From Minutocellus sp. GHC0000111 (taxonomy: Eukaryota), in the NCBI GenBank assembly GCA_977018835.1, contig OZ361258.1, positions 2,542,001-2,606,000 on the forward strand: a DNA stretch of 64,000 nucleotides, written 5' to 3'. The notes beneath the pieces were generated by a model. It saw only the letters and a program-made list of their open reading frames with translations. It searched no databases and was not told the DNA's origin. Positions within the stretch are counted from its first letter, which is position 1. Each line of letters begins with the position of its first letter. Positions 9,393 through 22,331 of this stretch are shown piece after piece. The translations under genes and the position numbers were made by a program.

Positions 9393-12300
9393 ATGATTAT
9401 GATGCGCCCCAGTCTCAATCCTCTGCTGCTACTGGCACTACTAGCAGTGTCCCTCTCTGCAGCAGCAGCACTCGCGGCAACGTCCACGTCCACGTCCGTC
9501 CCAGGGCAACCATCTGCTGCATCGCTATCCGTCTTGGGAAAGGATTCCATCGGAGTCACCATAGAACCTCCCTTGAGTGATGGTGGATCTCCCATCACAG
9601 CGTATACCATTGAATGGGACAAGGAGGCTGGCGTGCCCGAAGTCCAACGAATAAGCACATCGCTCGATCTGGGTGCCAACGAAATTCAAAGCATCACCAC
9701 GGCCATTGAGGATATCAACGAGGTGCAGGTCATCACCACGTCGGCCACGGCCCATGGAGAAGTGCAGCGCATCACTGTATCGCCACCGCCGGGTGAGTCC
9801 ATCGTGGAATCGGCCTACACCTTTGCCATCAGTCTCGACACGACCTCGACGGGCGGATCGATCCAATATTCCGGACAGATTAGCGCCACGGCCGCACCCG
9901 ACGGGTCCAGGGCCTCGGTCCGTGACATATTGGGCAGCATGTCCAACGTTGAAGAGATGCCGACCGTGACCAAATCGACGACCAATGCCGATGGTGGACA
10001 CAGCTACACCATGACCTTTCCTCCGTCGATGCGGAACATGCCGCAGATGGAGGTGTATGTGTCGGATGTTCCAGTGACGATTGAGACGGTGGCCGATGGC
10101 AACGTGTTGGGTGGGACCTATCGGCTCGAGTTTGGTGGAGAAATGACCGAGGACATACCAGCCGATGCCAGCCCTGCAATCGTCCAATCTCGGTTGGAGA
10201 ATCTGTCGACCGTTGGTGGTGCCGTGGGAGTAAGTCGAAGCGATGCCGATGACCAGGGTGGATATTCCTGGGAGATTGAATTCCTCTCTGCCAAAGGCAA
10301 TCTGCCAGATTTGATACCTCATGGTGAAGGCTTGACCACGACGAATGATGAAGTCGGTGGAGCTGCCATTGTGCTGGATCCGTCACGTGGTATAGACGGC
10401 AGCTTCATCGAGGGGACTTTTGTGCTTGAGTTTGGTGGAGAGACTACAGAGCCTCTGCCTTCGGATGCCGATGCGTCAACCGTCAGAGAGGCTCTCGAAT
10501 CTCTATCAACAATTGAAAAGGTTGATGTGAAACGATCTTCGGATGTGGACATTTCCGGTGGCTTTACTTGGACGATCCGTTTCCTTGAGGAGGGGGCACG
10601 GATCCATCGTGGTGACGTCCCGCCGCTGATGGTACAGTCGAGTTTGACTGGAGGTGGATCGACTGCTACACCCACGGTCACAGTGGCCGAAGTACGCAAG
10701 GGCACTTTTATGGAGGTTCAAACCATTGCAATCACTGCCGGTGGAGCATCAGTGGATCCCACGTCTACCTTTCGTCTGAGCTTTCGTGGAGAGGAGACTG
10801 GTGATATCTACGCCCTCCCAGCTGGTGGATCAACGTGTCTGGGTTCCACAGCGGCCAAGCAAATCATCACAACGAGACTGAAGACACCACAGGTGAGGGT
10901 GGAGACGATACCGTGTCGCACCTTACCCACTTTACCTTGACGTATGAGGGCTACACCACGGCGCAGATTCCAGCAAATGGCATTGGTTTGACCTGCGAGG
11001 ATACAGCAGCCACCATTGCCGAAGAGCTGGAGCAGATCCCACCTCTCTACAGTGTCACCGTCGCGGGTGGTGGTAGTAGCGGTGAAGGCGGCGATGAGGG
11101 CTGCTCTTGGGTCGTCACATTTGAGAGTGTGGGGTGGGCAATCCAGAGCTGCTGCAAGTGACGGCATACCACGAGGATTTGTCGCCAGTTGGTCCAGCCA
11201 TTTCTGTCACCGTTGGACCAATGCCTTCATCAATTGTGCGAGACACAATTGCTGTCTCTCAGCCAGTGGAATTTCAGGGCGACGTGGACTTGATCCAATC
11301 CGAACTGAGTAAGCTTAGCACCGTCGGTCTGGTATCGGTTACTGCTGACAGCATCGTTCCTGATGCAGGAGGTCAGTGTCGTTGGCACGTGACCTTCGAA
11401 TCCAATGCCGGTGATTTGCAGTCCCTCGAGGTGGCGCCTGGCAGTACTGGTAGTGCTGGTGTCGGCGCAGCAGCTTTTGGCAGCAGTGCCGTCCTCAACT
11501 CCGGCGATACCGTGACGGTGACAAACAACGTGGTGCAGGGTACGTCGACCACGCTCTCGGGTGACTTTACCCTATCCTACGATGGAAAATTGACTGGCTA
11601 TCTACCTTTCGATGTATCGGCAGATGCCATGAAATATGCTCTGGAAGGATTGGATTCCATTGGCAAGGTGGAGGTAGAGCGTCATGGGCCGGACGTCAAT
11701 GATTGCTACACGTGGGACGTTACTTTTACCAGTGATCTCGGTCCTCTCCCCGTCATGGTGGCGGATGGGCTCGATCTGGAAGGCACGGTCGCATCGATAT
11801 CGGTGGCGACGCATGTTGTAGGCGTTACGCCACCCATTGATGGGCCGGACTATGGCTCCATCGTCCTTACCGATATCGATCTCAATCTTGATCCTTCCAC
11901 CACCGTCGTTTCGCCTCTGAAGCAGGGCATACCATATTACTTTCGAGTTAGTGCTGCCAATGCTTTGGGATCTGGACCCGTTGTCGCATCGAAGCCTCCC
12001 TTTGAGGTTCCTCTGCCTCAGCCCCCGTCAGATCCATCTCACGTTGGTCTCGAGGTCAAGGATGGGTCTACCCTGACAGTAACCATTGATGAGCCGGACC
12101 ACACTGGCGGTGAGTCCGTCGATACGTATCAAGTAGATTACAGCACCGAGCCCTTTCAACACGAAAAACAACGCGTTTCCCTGACGTGTTCGCCGGAACC
12201 AGAGATTCAGACAGTTACCACTTATGCCGATGATATCAACGAAATCCAATACCTGATTATTGATTCATCCTATCAAGGCAATGGTATCATCCCAGAGACC

Positions 12301-15300
12301 CAGCGAGTAACGTGCGATGCTACCTTTGGTCTATCACTGGTGGGGCTTAGAGCTGGAGGTAGAGCTGGAGCTGGAGCTGGAGCTGGATCAGATGCTGAAG
12401 GGATGACGGCCTTCTTTCCCTACGATGCCAATGCCGATGGCATTCAGCAAGCGTTTGAATCATTGGATGGAATTGAATCCGTTTCCGTTCACGTAGATAC
12501 CCCGAACGGTGCCGCCTGTGCCCCCTACGATGGGATCTCTGCAGGAAGTTTCACAGTCACGTTCCATTCGCTCATCGATTTGGCTGGCAACATTCCACCT
12601 CTCATGCCTCACACGAGCAGTCTGGAAGGTGCCCGGCGGATCGACGTGGAAACTGTCACCGATGGCGACGCTCCCACGGAAGGGACGTTCCGCATGTCGT
12701 TTCGAGGTGCCTTATCGGATCCGGTGGACATTACTCACGGAGGAGGCGAAGCATCATCATCGTTGGATGACCTTGCGTCTGCTATCCAGACGGCGTTGGA
12801 AGATGTTGATACCATTGAGAACGGTGGCGTTGTCGTGTCAGCCGTACAGTTGCCAAACGGTGGAGAAGAGCGCATTTTTGCCATTGAATTCGTTGGCTCT
12901 GGTGTCGGTGGAGATGTAGTGACAATTGGAATTCCTGAGGAACTCAATTTCTTGAGGGGTTCCGATGCTGAAATCTACATCATCGCCGACGGAGAAAGCT
13001 ACAAAGCGCGAGATACTGTCGATGCCGTTACATCCAGAGTTGGCAGCGTCCTCTCGGGCTCCTTTCGGCTGCGTCTACGAGGTCATACCACCGGTGACAT
13101 TCCCTTCAATGCTTCTGAGGACGACGTCAAGGCCCGATTGGAGGAACTTCCCAACGTGGGCAAAGTAGATGTTCAAGTCGGAGCCCCGACCAACGAGCGG
13201 GGTTACACCTGGACCATTACCTTTGTTTCCAATCCAGGATATTTCCCTCCCACTACTCGCAATGTCGATGCTCTCGACTATGTCAGTGCACTGTCGACGT
13301 CGGTCGATTCCGATTTTTCCGCCAGCATATCTGTGGATGTCATTCGACAGGGCAACGATCGCCTCGACGGGACCTTTCAATTGGCATTCACCAGTGGCGA
13401 TGGCGGTCTGATGACCACGACCGAGACGACGCTTCCACTCAATGCCTTTGCTTCGGAAGAAGACATGAGAGATCAATTGGAGAGCCTGCCAAATGTAGGC
13501 CGAGTCCATGTGCAGCGGACGCAATCCGATGTGGGATATGAGTGGGACGTGGAATTTGTCGGCTGTGCTCTCGAGAAGGCCAATGCCGGGGTCAATGCCG
13601 GTGGTACCGTCGTCTGCAATGATGGAAATCTACTGCCGCTGGTGGCCGCCAGCGTTGACTTGGCTGGATGTGGTGGTGCCACTCTCCAAGTGACGGAACT
13701 TCAGGCAGGCAGTGGTGCTGGCGACTGTCCCCAATTCGCGTCTGGTAAGTGTACTCAGATTCACTCTGTCCTGGAGGAATATCCCTTTGAGCACGAAATT
13801 GCGGGTCTAGATTTGGGCACTCCGTACTACGTCCAAGTTCGTCTGGGCAATTCGCAGAGCTATGGGCATCGTCGTTTGTCGGCGCCCCTCTCGGCATCAC
13901 CTCATCACAGCCCTCCCGGTGCACCCCCACCGGTCATTCTCGTGGAATCAACCTCCACGAGCTTAACTCTGGCTTGGGAACCCCCGACGCAGAACGGTGG
14001 CAAACAAGAATCAGGCTACGAGCTATGGATGGATGAGTGGAGCGGTGGCAGTCCCTACTTGGTGTACGATGGTTCCGACGACCCCACTACACTTCAGTAT
14101 ACCCTCGAGACGACCGACGTTGGACCTCAAAGTCAAATTGTTGAGCCCGGTCGGCAGTATCGATTCCAGGTTCGAGCCATCAATAACTGTAATACCACCG
14201 ACACTGATTTGGCCTGCCACGGGCCCTTCAGTGATGTCCAAATCTTTACTGTTCGAGAACCCCGCAGGCCCTTGGCGCCGTCTGCTCCCGAACGTGATGC
14301 CCGTACTGGCACGACGAGCAGTACCAGCGCATCCATCACAGTCACTTGGTCTCGTCCTGTTGATAATGGAGGATCTGCCATCACCGGTTATTTGCTGTAT
14401 ATGAAACATCCCGACGGAACCATGGAAAGCTATCCGCTGGGAGCAAATGATCATTCGCATACCCTACAAGATTTAGCTGCAGGAGAAACTTACCGATTCC
14501 ATCTCGTGGCTGTCAACGCCATTGGTCGATCGGGCAACAGTCCTGTCCTATCGGTCATTGCGGCGATGCCACCCGGGATGGACGATTCTACCTTGGTGCC
14601 GACCTACTCAACAGACACATATCGACCCACCATTGCCGACGTCAAGGAAACCGAAATGTTGTTGAATGGCCCTCACGTGCCCTGGATGGCACTGGTGGTA
14701 CTCCTATTACAGGCTACAAACTCTACCAATACGCAGGTATTGGGCCCAACACCAAGTCCAATCCGGAACCTATCCGACAGGAGGTCCAGGACGTGTTGCT
14801 GATTGTGGATGATGGTGGCAGTGGCATTGACAGTGAAGGAGAAGTCGGCGGCACTTTTACGCTGTCCTTTCGAGGACACGAAACGGCCTCCATTTCGGCA
14901 GATGCCACGGCAGATGATGTTAAATATGCCCTGCAGAATCTCGACAGCATCAATGTAGTGGCCGTCGAAGAGCTTGCAGTGGGAGAATCTGGCTGGAGGG
15001 TGAGCTTTCTATCCGAGCCTGGAGATTTGCACTTGATGCAGGCAACGAGTGGAAGGTTGGTGGCGCCCAACGGAGCGTCCGCCAAAATTATTGTCGAAGA
15101 ACACGTCAAGGGAGATGCGGCCACCCTCGTCTACGATGGCACGGATCAACCGAGCGTGAGGACTTTTACGGCGAGCAATCTCTTTCCGGATGCTCGGTAT
15201 GCCTACAAGGTTGCTCCCATCAATGCCGTCGGTCAAGGCGTCCTCAGCCTTGCCACAACAACCACCGTTGCTCGGGCTGGTGCCAGTGCTCAGCAGACGA

Positions 15301-18300
15301 CTGCGTCCGGCGGAGCCCTTGTCGCCGGTATAGCCGGATCAATCCAAGAGGAACAGACGGTAGTCTTTGCTTCCAATGATTGCAACGTCGATCGGCTCGT
15401 CCTGTCGTTTGGCAATGGTGGAGCCGCTTCAATTTTCACTCCTCAGACGCCCAATCTATGTGGAAGCACGGCATCCGAGTTCAAGACGGCCCTTCAAGCC
15501 TTGCCGAGTGTGGGTACCATTGATGTGTCGCGCAAGGACGTTAGCACTCTTGGTGGTTCGACTGGATATGCCTGGAGCATAACCTTCCTTTCCATCATGG
15601 GCGATGTTCCGTCGCTGGTTGTGGATACCTCGCAGGTTCAAAATGGAAAGGATGCCTCTGGTCGCTCTGGACCTGGTGCATCGTACGTGTCCGAATTCCT
15701 CCGTGGTCAGGCCAATGAGTTCACCATTGAACCTAAAAAAGCCTCCGGTGCCACCGTTCGCGACATTACAGCTTCGGACGGTATGACAGGTCGAGATCTC
15801 TTCTTCACCGAGTTTTGGACTTCCGACCCATCGGTGGTTGGTGGATCGCATTAATGGTATTCCGACGGAGGCTTGGCCACGTACAATCCGGTCCAATATG
15901 AAGAGCAGGTAATTTTCGTCCCCTCCACCTTTGTCAGTAGCTTCCAGCTTACCATGGACACATCTCCAGACAAACCAAAGGGACGAGTGGATGGATACTC
16001 TGCAACCACCGTAGAGATTGGTGGTGGTGATGGCAGTAGTGGTGGTGCTAGTGGACAACCCATCACCGACCTCGTCTTGCAGGACGCTCTCAGTTCCCTC
16101 ACCAACATTGGCAAAGTATTGGTCTCTTCCGTTATCACTGCCAGTGGCGATGCACAGTACACCGTGACCTTTGTCACCGTCTTGGGCGAGCTGCCACTGT
16201 TGACGAGCTCCGATTCCAGCATTGTTATTTCTCGAGCTCCTCATCAAATCGGTGTCACTGAAATCCTGACCATTACCTCGTCGGTTGATCAGGCCTTTGT
16301 CTACGAGACTCAATCGATTGCCATTCCATCCTCGGCTTCGACCTTTCGATTGTCATTTGGCACCAATTCCGTTACCAATCCCATTGCGTGCGATTTCGCT
16401 ACGTTGGAGGAAGCTCAAGCCGGCGCCATAATCATCAAGGCGGAGCTCGAGGCTACTACTAGTAGTAGCGCTAATGCTGATGATGACGACGACGGTTCCC
16501 ACAGAGACATTGTTGTATCGGTCGACGAAAAGCAAGTGTCTGGAGACGGCAGCGATGAGAACCCCTGGGTCTTCATCGTCACATTCGTTGAGCCAGTGGG
16601 GCCATTACCGTTGCTTTGGTCGGATAATGCCGTCATTACTCAAATCACACAGGGTCATTCCACCCTTGATGGGACCATGGTTCTTTCCTACGATGGAGAG
16701 TACACCGACGACATTGCCTTTGATGCTTCGGCAAAAACCATCAAGCATCGGCTTGAGGCATTGCCCACCATTGATGAGGTGGACGTTCACAAGATCGACA
16801 AGCGGACGGGATATGAGTGGGAGATTACATTTACCAGAAGCGTAGGGAATCTCCCCACCATCATTGCCCATCCTCAGGTCTTTGAGGTTCAAAAGATTGA
16901 AACCGTGGGAGGCAATCCAACGCCCCTGGGAGGGTCCTTTCAGCTTCTATATGGGCCAGACACCACCCCGGTGCCGGAAATGACATCTCCACTTCCATTC
17001 GATGCCACCGAGGAGGATGTCAAGGCAGCGTTGGAGACATTGCCATCGATCGGTCTGGTCGATGTAGATCGCGTCTCAAAAGCCAATGGTCAATTTGAGT
17101 GGTTCGTGACCTTTCGGTCATTTGCGCCGCCACTACCACATCAATATTCACCTGCTCCTCCTCCTCACAAGCTGCAAATTGTCGACGATGGCCTATCTGG
17201 GACTCTGGATGCAGTGGCCGTGAGTACTGTAGTGGACGCCAATCCACAATCTTTGGTTTCGTCGACGGGCGCTTATCCCACCGTCGTTGTCGAAGAAAAG
17301 GTGGCGGGATTGCCAAGCTACACGGCTCGATACCGTGCAGAGCAGGTTGGCGAATACTCTCTGGCTGTGCTGCAGTTGCAGAGTGGTGGTCTCAATGCAC
17401 GGTATTACGACAACCAGTGGCTCCTGGAAGAGCCTGTGGTGGAACGAGTGGATGAATCCATCAACTTTGATTGGGGATCTGGACCCATTACTCCGTACGG
17501 CCGCGACTTTGTCGGAGTTCGATGGTGGGGTAAGATCCGACCGACGACGACCGAGGACTACACCTTTTATGTCATTGCCGATGACGCTGTGAGGGTCTAT
17601 GTCGATCACGAGCTATTGATTGATGCCTGTGAAGACGATTCCATCCAGCCTGGCAACGAACAGAGGGCAACTGTGTCGCTCACCAAGGACCGATTTCATG
17701 ACTTACGCGTCGAGTACCGCGAGGAGACTGGCCTTGCATATGTCCAGCTTCAGTGGAGTTCGAATTCCATTCGCAAGCAGCCCATATCTCCGCTCTTGCT
17801 GTACCATTCGCTGCACATTGCTGGTAGTCCTTATTCAGTGGTGGTGTCACCAGGAGCAATGGATCACGTATGGAGTGATCTGCAGGGGACCAACATCATT
17901 GAGACTGTCGCCGGTGAGCAAACGCATTTCACCATCCAAGCCAGGGACCGAGAAGGCAACGCCAAGATTCACGATGGCACGGCCCAGGGCGACAACTCAT
18001 CACCGTCGGATCAGTTTTCGGTCGACATTGTGGGCAGTAGCATGACAGTCTCTGGTGACGTCGAGTATGTTGGGAACGGACAGTACAAGGTGCAGTACGT
18101 CATTCCCAAGGCCGGTGACTATCAGGTGTCGGTTAGGACTGGCGATGGACGGCACATTTTTTGTGGCTTGGGAGAAGAAAACAAATGCTCTCCCTTTGCC
18201 CTGACGGTTCGTCCTGGTACGACAGTACCGGCGGTGTCGGAGGCCACGAGTCGTGCTCTTTCTACCGATCGAATGGCGTCGGCCACAGCAGGAATCAGTG

Positions 18301-18527
18301 GTATCATTGACGTCCAGGCCAAGGACGCTTACGGGAACGACCAACAAGAAGGAGGAGATGATTTTGTCGCACAATTTACCAGTGCAGACGACGACAATGT
18401 CATGTACCGCGGCATCGTCGAGGATGGCAGTGATGGATCGTACAGCATTACGTATTCCATTCCCATTGCCGGTGATTATCGGGTCAGTGTCGGTATTGGC
18501 AGTGGCGGGATAGGTGACGGACGAGAC
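9393..18527 (+). CDS. Giant secreted/surface protein with FN3, repeated beta-sandwich, PA14 and filamin repeats; 3' end truncated by the tandem array
   Basis: Signal peptide; FN3 motifs (DGGSPITAYTIEW, YYFRVSAAN, YRFQVRAIN); recurring GxFxLxFxG..T..LPFDA..WxVTF repeats; PA14 (INFDWGSG...FVGVRWWG...YVIADDAVR); filamin repeats (FTIQARD...Y.VQY...AGDY). Four long ORFs and one short bridging ORF join via frameshifts near 10876, 11132 and 14658 and one in-frame TAA at 15852-15854. Confidence 0.85.
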
Positions 18528-18934
18528 GAATATTATCTTCTTTTCGCCTTCCGGTAAGTCAATATCGTTTTCTGCTTTGTTGAATAGTCCCCACAAGTCT
18601 TCGTCGCTGATGATGGTCTTGTATGCCTCCTTGATTGCCTCTTTGCCGACTTCTTCGATGGTCTTTTCATTCACTAATTCCCTTGTTCTTTTCATTACCA
18701 TCCTTCCAAAGGGCACATATTGGGGGGCCAGGAGGAATAGGCCACCGCGATTTCGTATCTGGTCGATTGGAGCGTAATATTTCTGTAAGTATCCTGCGTC
18801 TTTTATTGCTTCGCGATGCAACAGTCTCATTGATTTAACATGCAGCACTGCCTTCCGATCACTGTTCTCACACGTATTTTCATCCTCGTCTTCGTTGTCT
18901 TCTTCGTAGAAGAAGCTTTCAGAGTCTTGCCACA

Positions 18935-21245
18935 ACCACGTTCCTTGATTTTCTCACCGAGTCGTTGGGTGGTGGGCTGCACGTTGCCGGTAGCATCAAC
19001 CTGCCGGGGGCGACAGCTTATGTGCCTCAAGATGGTAAGTAGATATGCGGCATATATAATTGCACAACACGCAATCCACTATGGTGATGCTCAATTCTTA
19101 CCTTCATTCCTTCCATCTCTCATGTCACATAGACCGCCTCCATGGATTCTTCACCCCCAAAACCTACATGGAGCACTACTGCCGCCTCTCCGGCCTCAAG
19201 GACGAGCAGGCCGCCAAGAGCGTCACCTCGAATTCCGGCAAGTCCGACGAGGAATGCGGCCGTCAGGAGCACATTGACGAGATTTTTGATGGCCTTGGAC
19301 TCACTTCTCACAAAGACACGATTGTAGGCGACGTCTTCCTCAAGGGACTGAGCGGTGGGCAGAAGAGACGTCTGAGCGTCGCCCTCGAAGCACTTTCAAG
19401 TCCGAAAAACTTCTTCCTTGATGAGCCCACCAGGTGAGTTATGATATGGTATAAAGGAAGGGTTTGTCATTTGTTGAACTTATACCCCCGATAGTCATAG
19501 CAAAACTTACCTCCCAGTATCAATGCCACCATTGTGCTATTGAGTAATTTATCTCATTTGCTTGATATCTATATAATATGATCTGACTGCTGAAATACTT
19601 CTTCGTATCGTGCCTGAAACCCGTCCTATTCTCGTCAACTTTCTTTACACTTTATATAGTGGCTTGGACTCGGAAAGCGCATATCAGCTGATGAAATTTC
19701 TCAAGAAGTATGTGAATGAAGCCAAGGGTAGGCGTGTGATTCTTACCATCCATCAGCCCTCCTCCATCATTTGGAGCCTCATTGACAATGTGGTCCTGCT
19801 GTCCAAGGGCCATCTCGTCTATCAGGGTCCACGCCAAAACATCGAGGAGTTCTTCTCACACTGCCAGCAGCCTACGCCACCCAACTTTAACCCCGCCGAC
19901 CATTACGTATCCGCCATTAATGACGACTTTTGTCTTCACACCAAAGACCCCGAAGCTTGGGCCGCCGACTTTGATGCCTGGAGCCGTGGCCATCCAAAGG
20001 AGTCCTGGGTCAAGGAGGCCATCGAGGACATCAAGGTGGCGATCCAGAACATTGACGATGATAAGGTGGCTCGTCTTGAGCATGGAGGACGTCGTCGCTC
20101 GTCGGTGGTCAAGCTCAAGAAGGAAATTGAAACGTCGCGCTGGGGAGGATTGACCACCCTGGTCGAGCTTATCCGTCGGTACCTCACGAACTTGTTCTTC
20201 AACCCGGGAATTCTTGGCACCCGCATCGCCATGTATGTTATGCTTGCCGTCGTCATCGGTGCGCTTTTCTGGAATCTCGGATACAGTACCACGTACTCGT
20301 CGATTCAAAGCCGCATCGCGCTTCTGTTCTACTGTGTGGCATTCTTTGTTTTCATGTCTGTTGCGGTCCTCCCATTTACGGTAATTGAACGCGCTATCGT
20401 GAATAAGGAAGTCAAGAATGGATACTACCACCCGGCACTGTATCATGCCGCCCAGGCGCTTGCCTCGCTCCCCGGAACGGCTCTCTTGGCATTCCTCACC
20501 ACCCTCATCATTATTACAATGACCAAGCTCAACGCTCCGTACTGGTATTTCCTCAACATGTTCTTGGCTCTGAATTGTGCAGAAGCGCTGGCTCAGTTGG
20601 TTTCGCATGTGGTACCTCATTTTATTATTGGCATGGCCGGTGTTGCTGCTGTAAGTGAACAGATACCTCGGCGATACATCTTCTTCTGTTCTTGGAATTC
20701 GTGAAAAGTGAGGACTAACTTTCACCCTCTTGTTTGTTGTCGCTACTCTCGCCTTCTTGCGGCTCTATGGCCTTTTTATGTTGCTGCAAGGGTTTATGAT
20801 ATTCCCATCCGACTTCCCGAACTGGCTGGCTTGGGCCTATTATACCGCCTTCCATACCTACTCGTGGAGGACCTTCATGTTCAACGAGTTCAACGGTCAA
20901 GACTTTCCTGATGCTGCCGAATATGGATTCGCCACAGGTGCCGACGTTCTTGCCCTATATGAAATCGAGGATGTCAACCCCAGGAACGACATGATTGTCT
21001 TGATTGGTTACGCCGCTATCATCCACATGCTATCCTTTGGCTGGCTGCACTTCAAGTGGATCATGCAAAAGCGTGTTATGGTCGAGCCCGAAACGCCTGC
21101 CACAAGTGCGGAAGTTGCTGAGCGAAAGCCTTCTACTGCTGATGTTGTTGCTGACAAGGAGGGCGGAGTTGAGGTGGTCAACTTCCGTGCGTCCGCTCTG
21201 AAGAGATTTGACATGTCGTTCGAGACGAGTTTCCAGAACCTTTAG
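18935..21245 (+). pseudogene. ABCG (White-like) half transporter, 5'-truncated, copy 1
   Basis: Begins inside Walker A (TTFLD). YVPQD/DRLHG spans intron 19035-19132; LSGGQKRRLSVA; FLDEPTS/GLDS spans intron 19434-19659; ILTIHQPS; ABC2 membrane domain. Third intron 20651-20762 ends in GG, not AG. Confidence 0.85.
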
Positions 21246-21649
21246 ACTTCAGTTCCCATGCGTACCTTTCAATACTATAATCCATTAGATGTTCATTTCA
21301 TGATTTTGAGATTTACGTATGTCTCTAGCTGGGGCCGACCCCAGCGACGAGACTCGTGTTTAACCAAGTGGATCTAATGCCACTGGCTCTCTACGCAAAC
21401 AAAGCCCGGCAAGGGTTGCAATACACGTAAATTAGTTAGGCGTTTAGCATTTAGCTAGTTCAACGCTTGTTCTTACCAAGTGCACGCTTGCCCTTGACAC
21501 TTCGTCTCCGCTGAACCTCCTCGGTCGTCGGGAGCTGACTCAGTTGGTCAAACGCAAGTCCACCCACCGCCACGGTCTTGACACCCCACAACAAAGGGCT
21601 TTGTCCGCGTTCTCCGGCCTTGAACGTTGCCAATATTGCCATGACGACA

Positions 21650-22331
21650 AGGGACCTTGCGTCCGTATCTTGTCAGCCCCTTTTGCCGCTGGAGTCACCC
21701 GCTTTCCATTTCTTGCTTTGCTAAGTTTGTGTACAGATACGAATATGTACATTATTTTATGTGCATTTTTCAACATCTCCCTCAAAATCTAACTTCTTCT
21801 TTGCTCCACTTGTCGCCTTCAATTTTGCTCGCAAGGCCATGTCGGCTTTATCAATCTGCTGCTCATTGTATCGTCGCGTCGCTTCTCCAGCGCGTGCATG
21901 GAAGGCTTTCTTGACAATCTTGGTGAATATTATCTTCTTTTCGCCTTCCGGTAAGTCAATATCGTTTTCTGCTTTGTTGAATAGTCCCCACAAGTCTTCG
22001 TCGCTGATGATGGTCTTGTATGCCTCCTTGATTGCCTCTTTGCCGACTTCTTCGATGGTCTTTTCATTCACTAATTCCCTTGTTCTTTTCATTACCATCC
22101 TTCCAAAGGGCACATATTGGGGGGCCAGGAGGAATAGGCCACCGCGATTTCGTATCTGGTCGATTGGAGCGTAATATTTCTGTAAGTATCCTGCGTCTTT
22201 TATTGCTTCGCGATGCAACAGTCTCATTGATTTAACATGCAGCACTGCCTTCCGATCACTGTTCTCACACGTATTTTCATCCTCGTCTTCGTTGTCTTCT
22301 TCGTAGAAGAAGCTTTCAGAGTCTTGCCACA
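21650..22331 (-). other. Foreign fragment in the repeat unit carrying a 5'-truncated ORF (RNRGGL motif), probably transposon-derived; also at 18528-18934 (partial), 25047-25728 and 28444-29125
   Basis: 191-aa K/E-rich ORF 21757-22332, unrelated to the flanking genes, with abrupt junctions at both ends. Its codon style resembles the Helitron-region ORFs. Confidence 0.6.

Noticed and set aside
12349..12390. (GCTGGA)n repeat
   Set aside because: In-frame coding microsatellite giving a GA linker.
18000..18935. 311-aa minus-strand ORF as a genuine fusion gene
   Set aside because: It is the foreign fragment reading across the junction into the antisense of the giant gene, with no native start.
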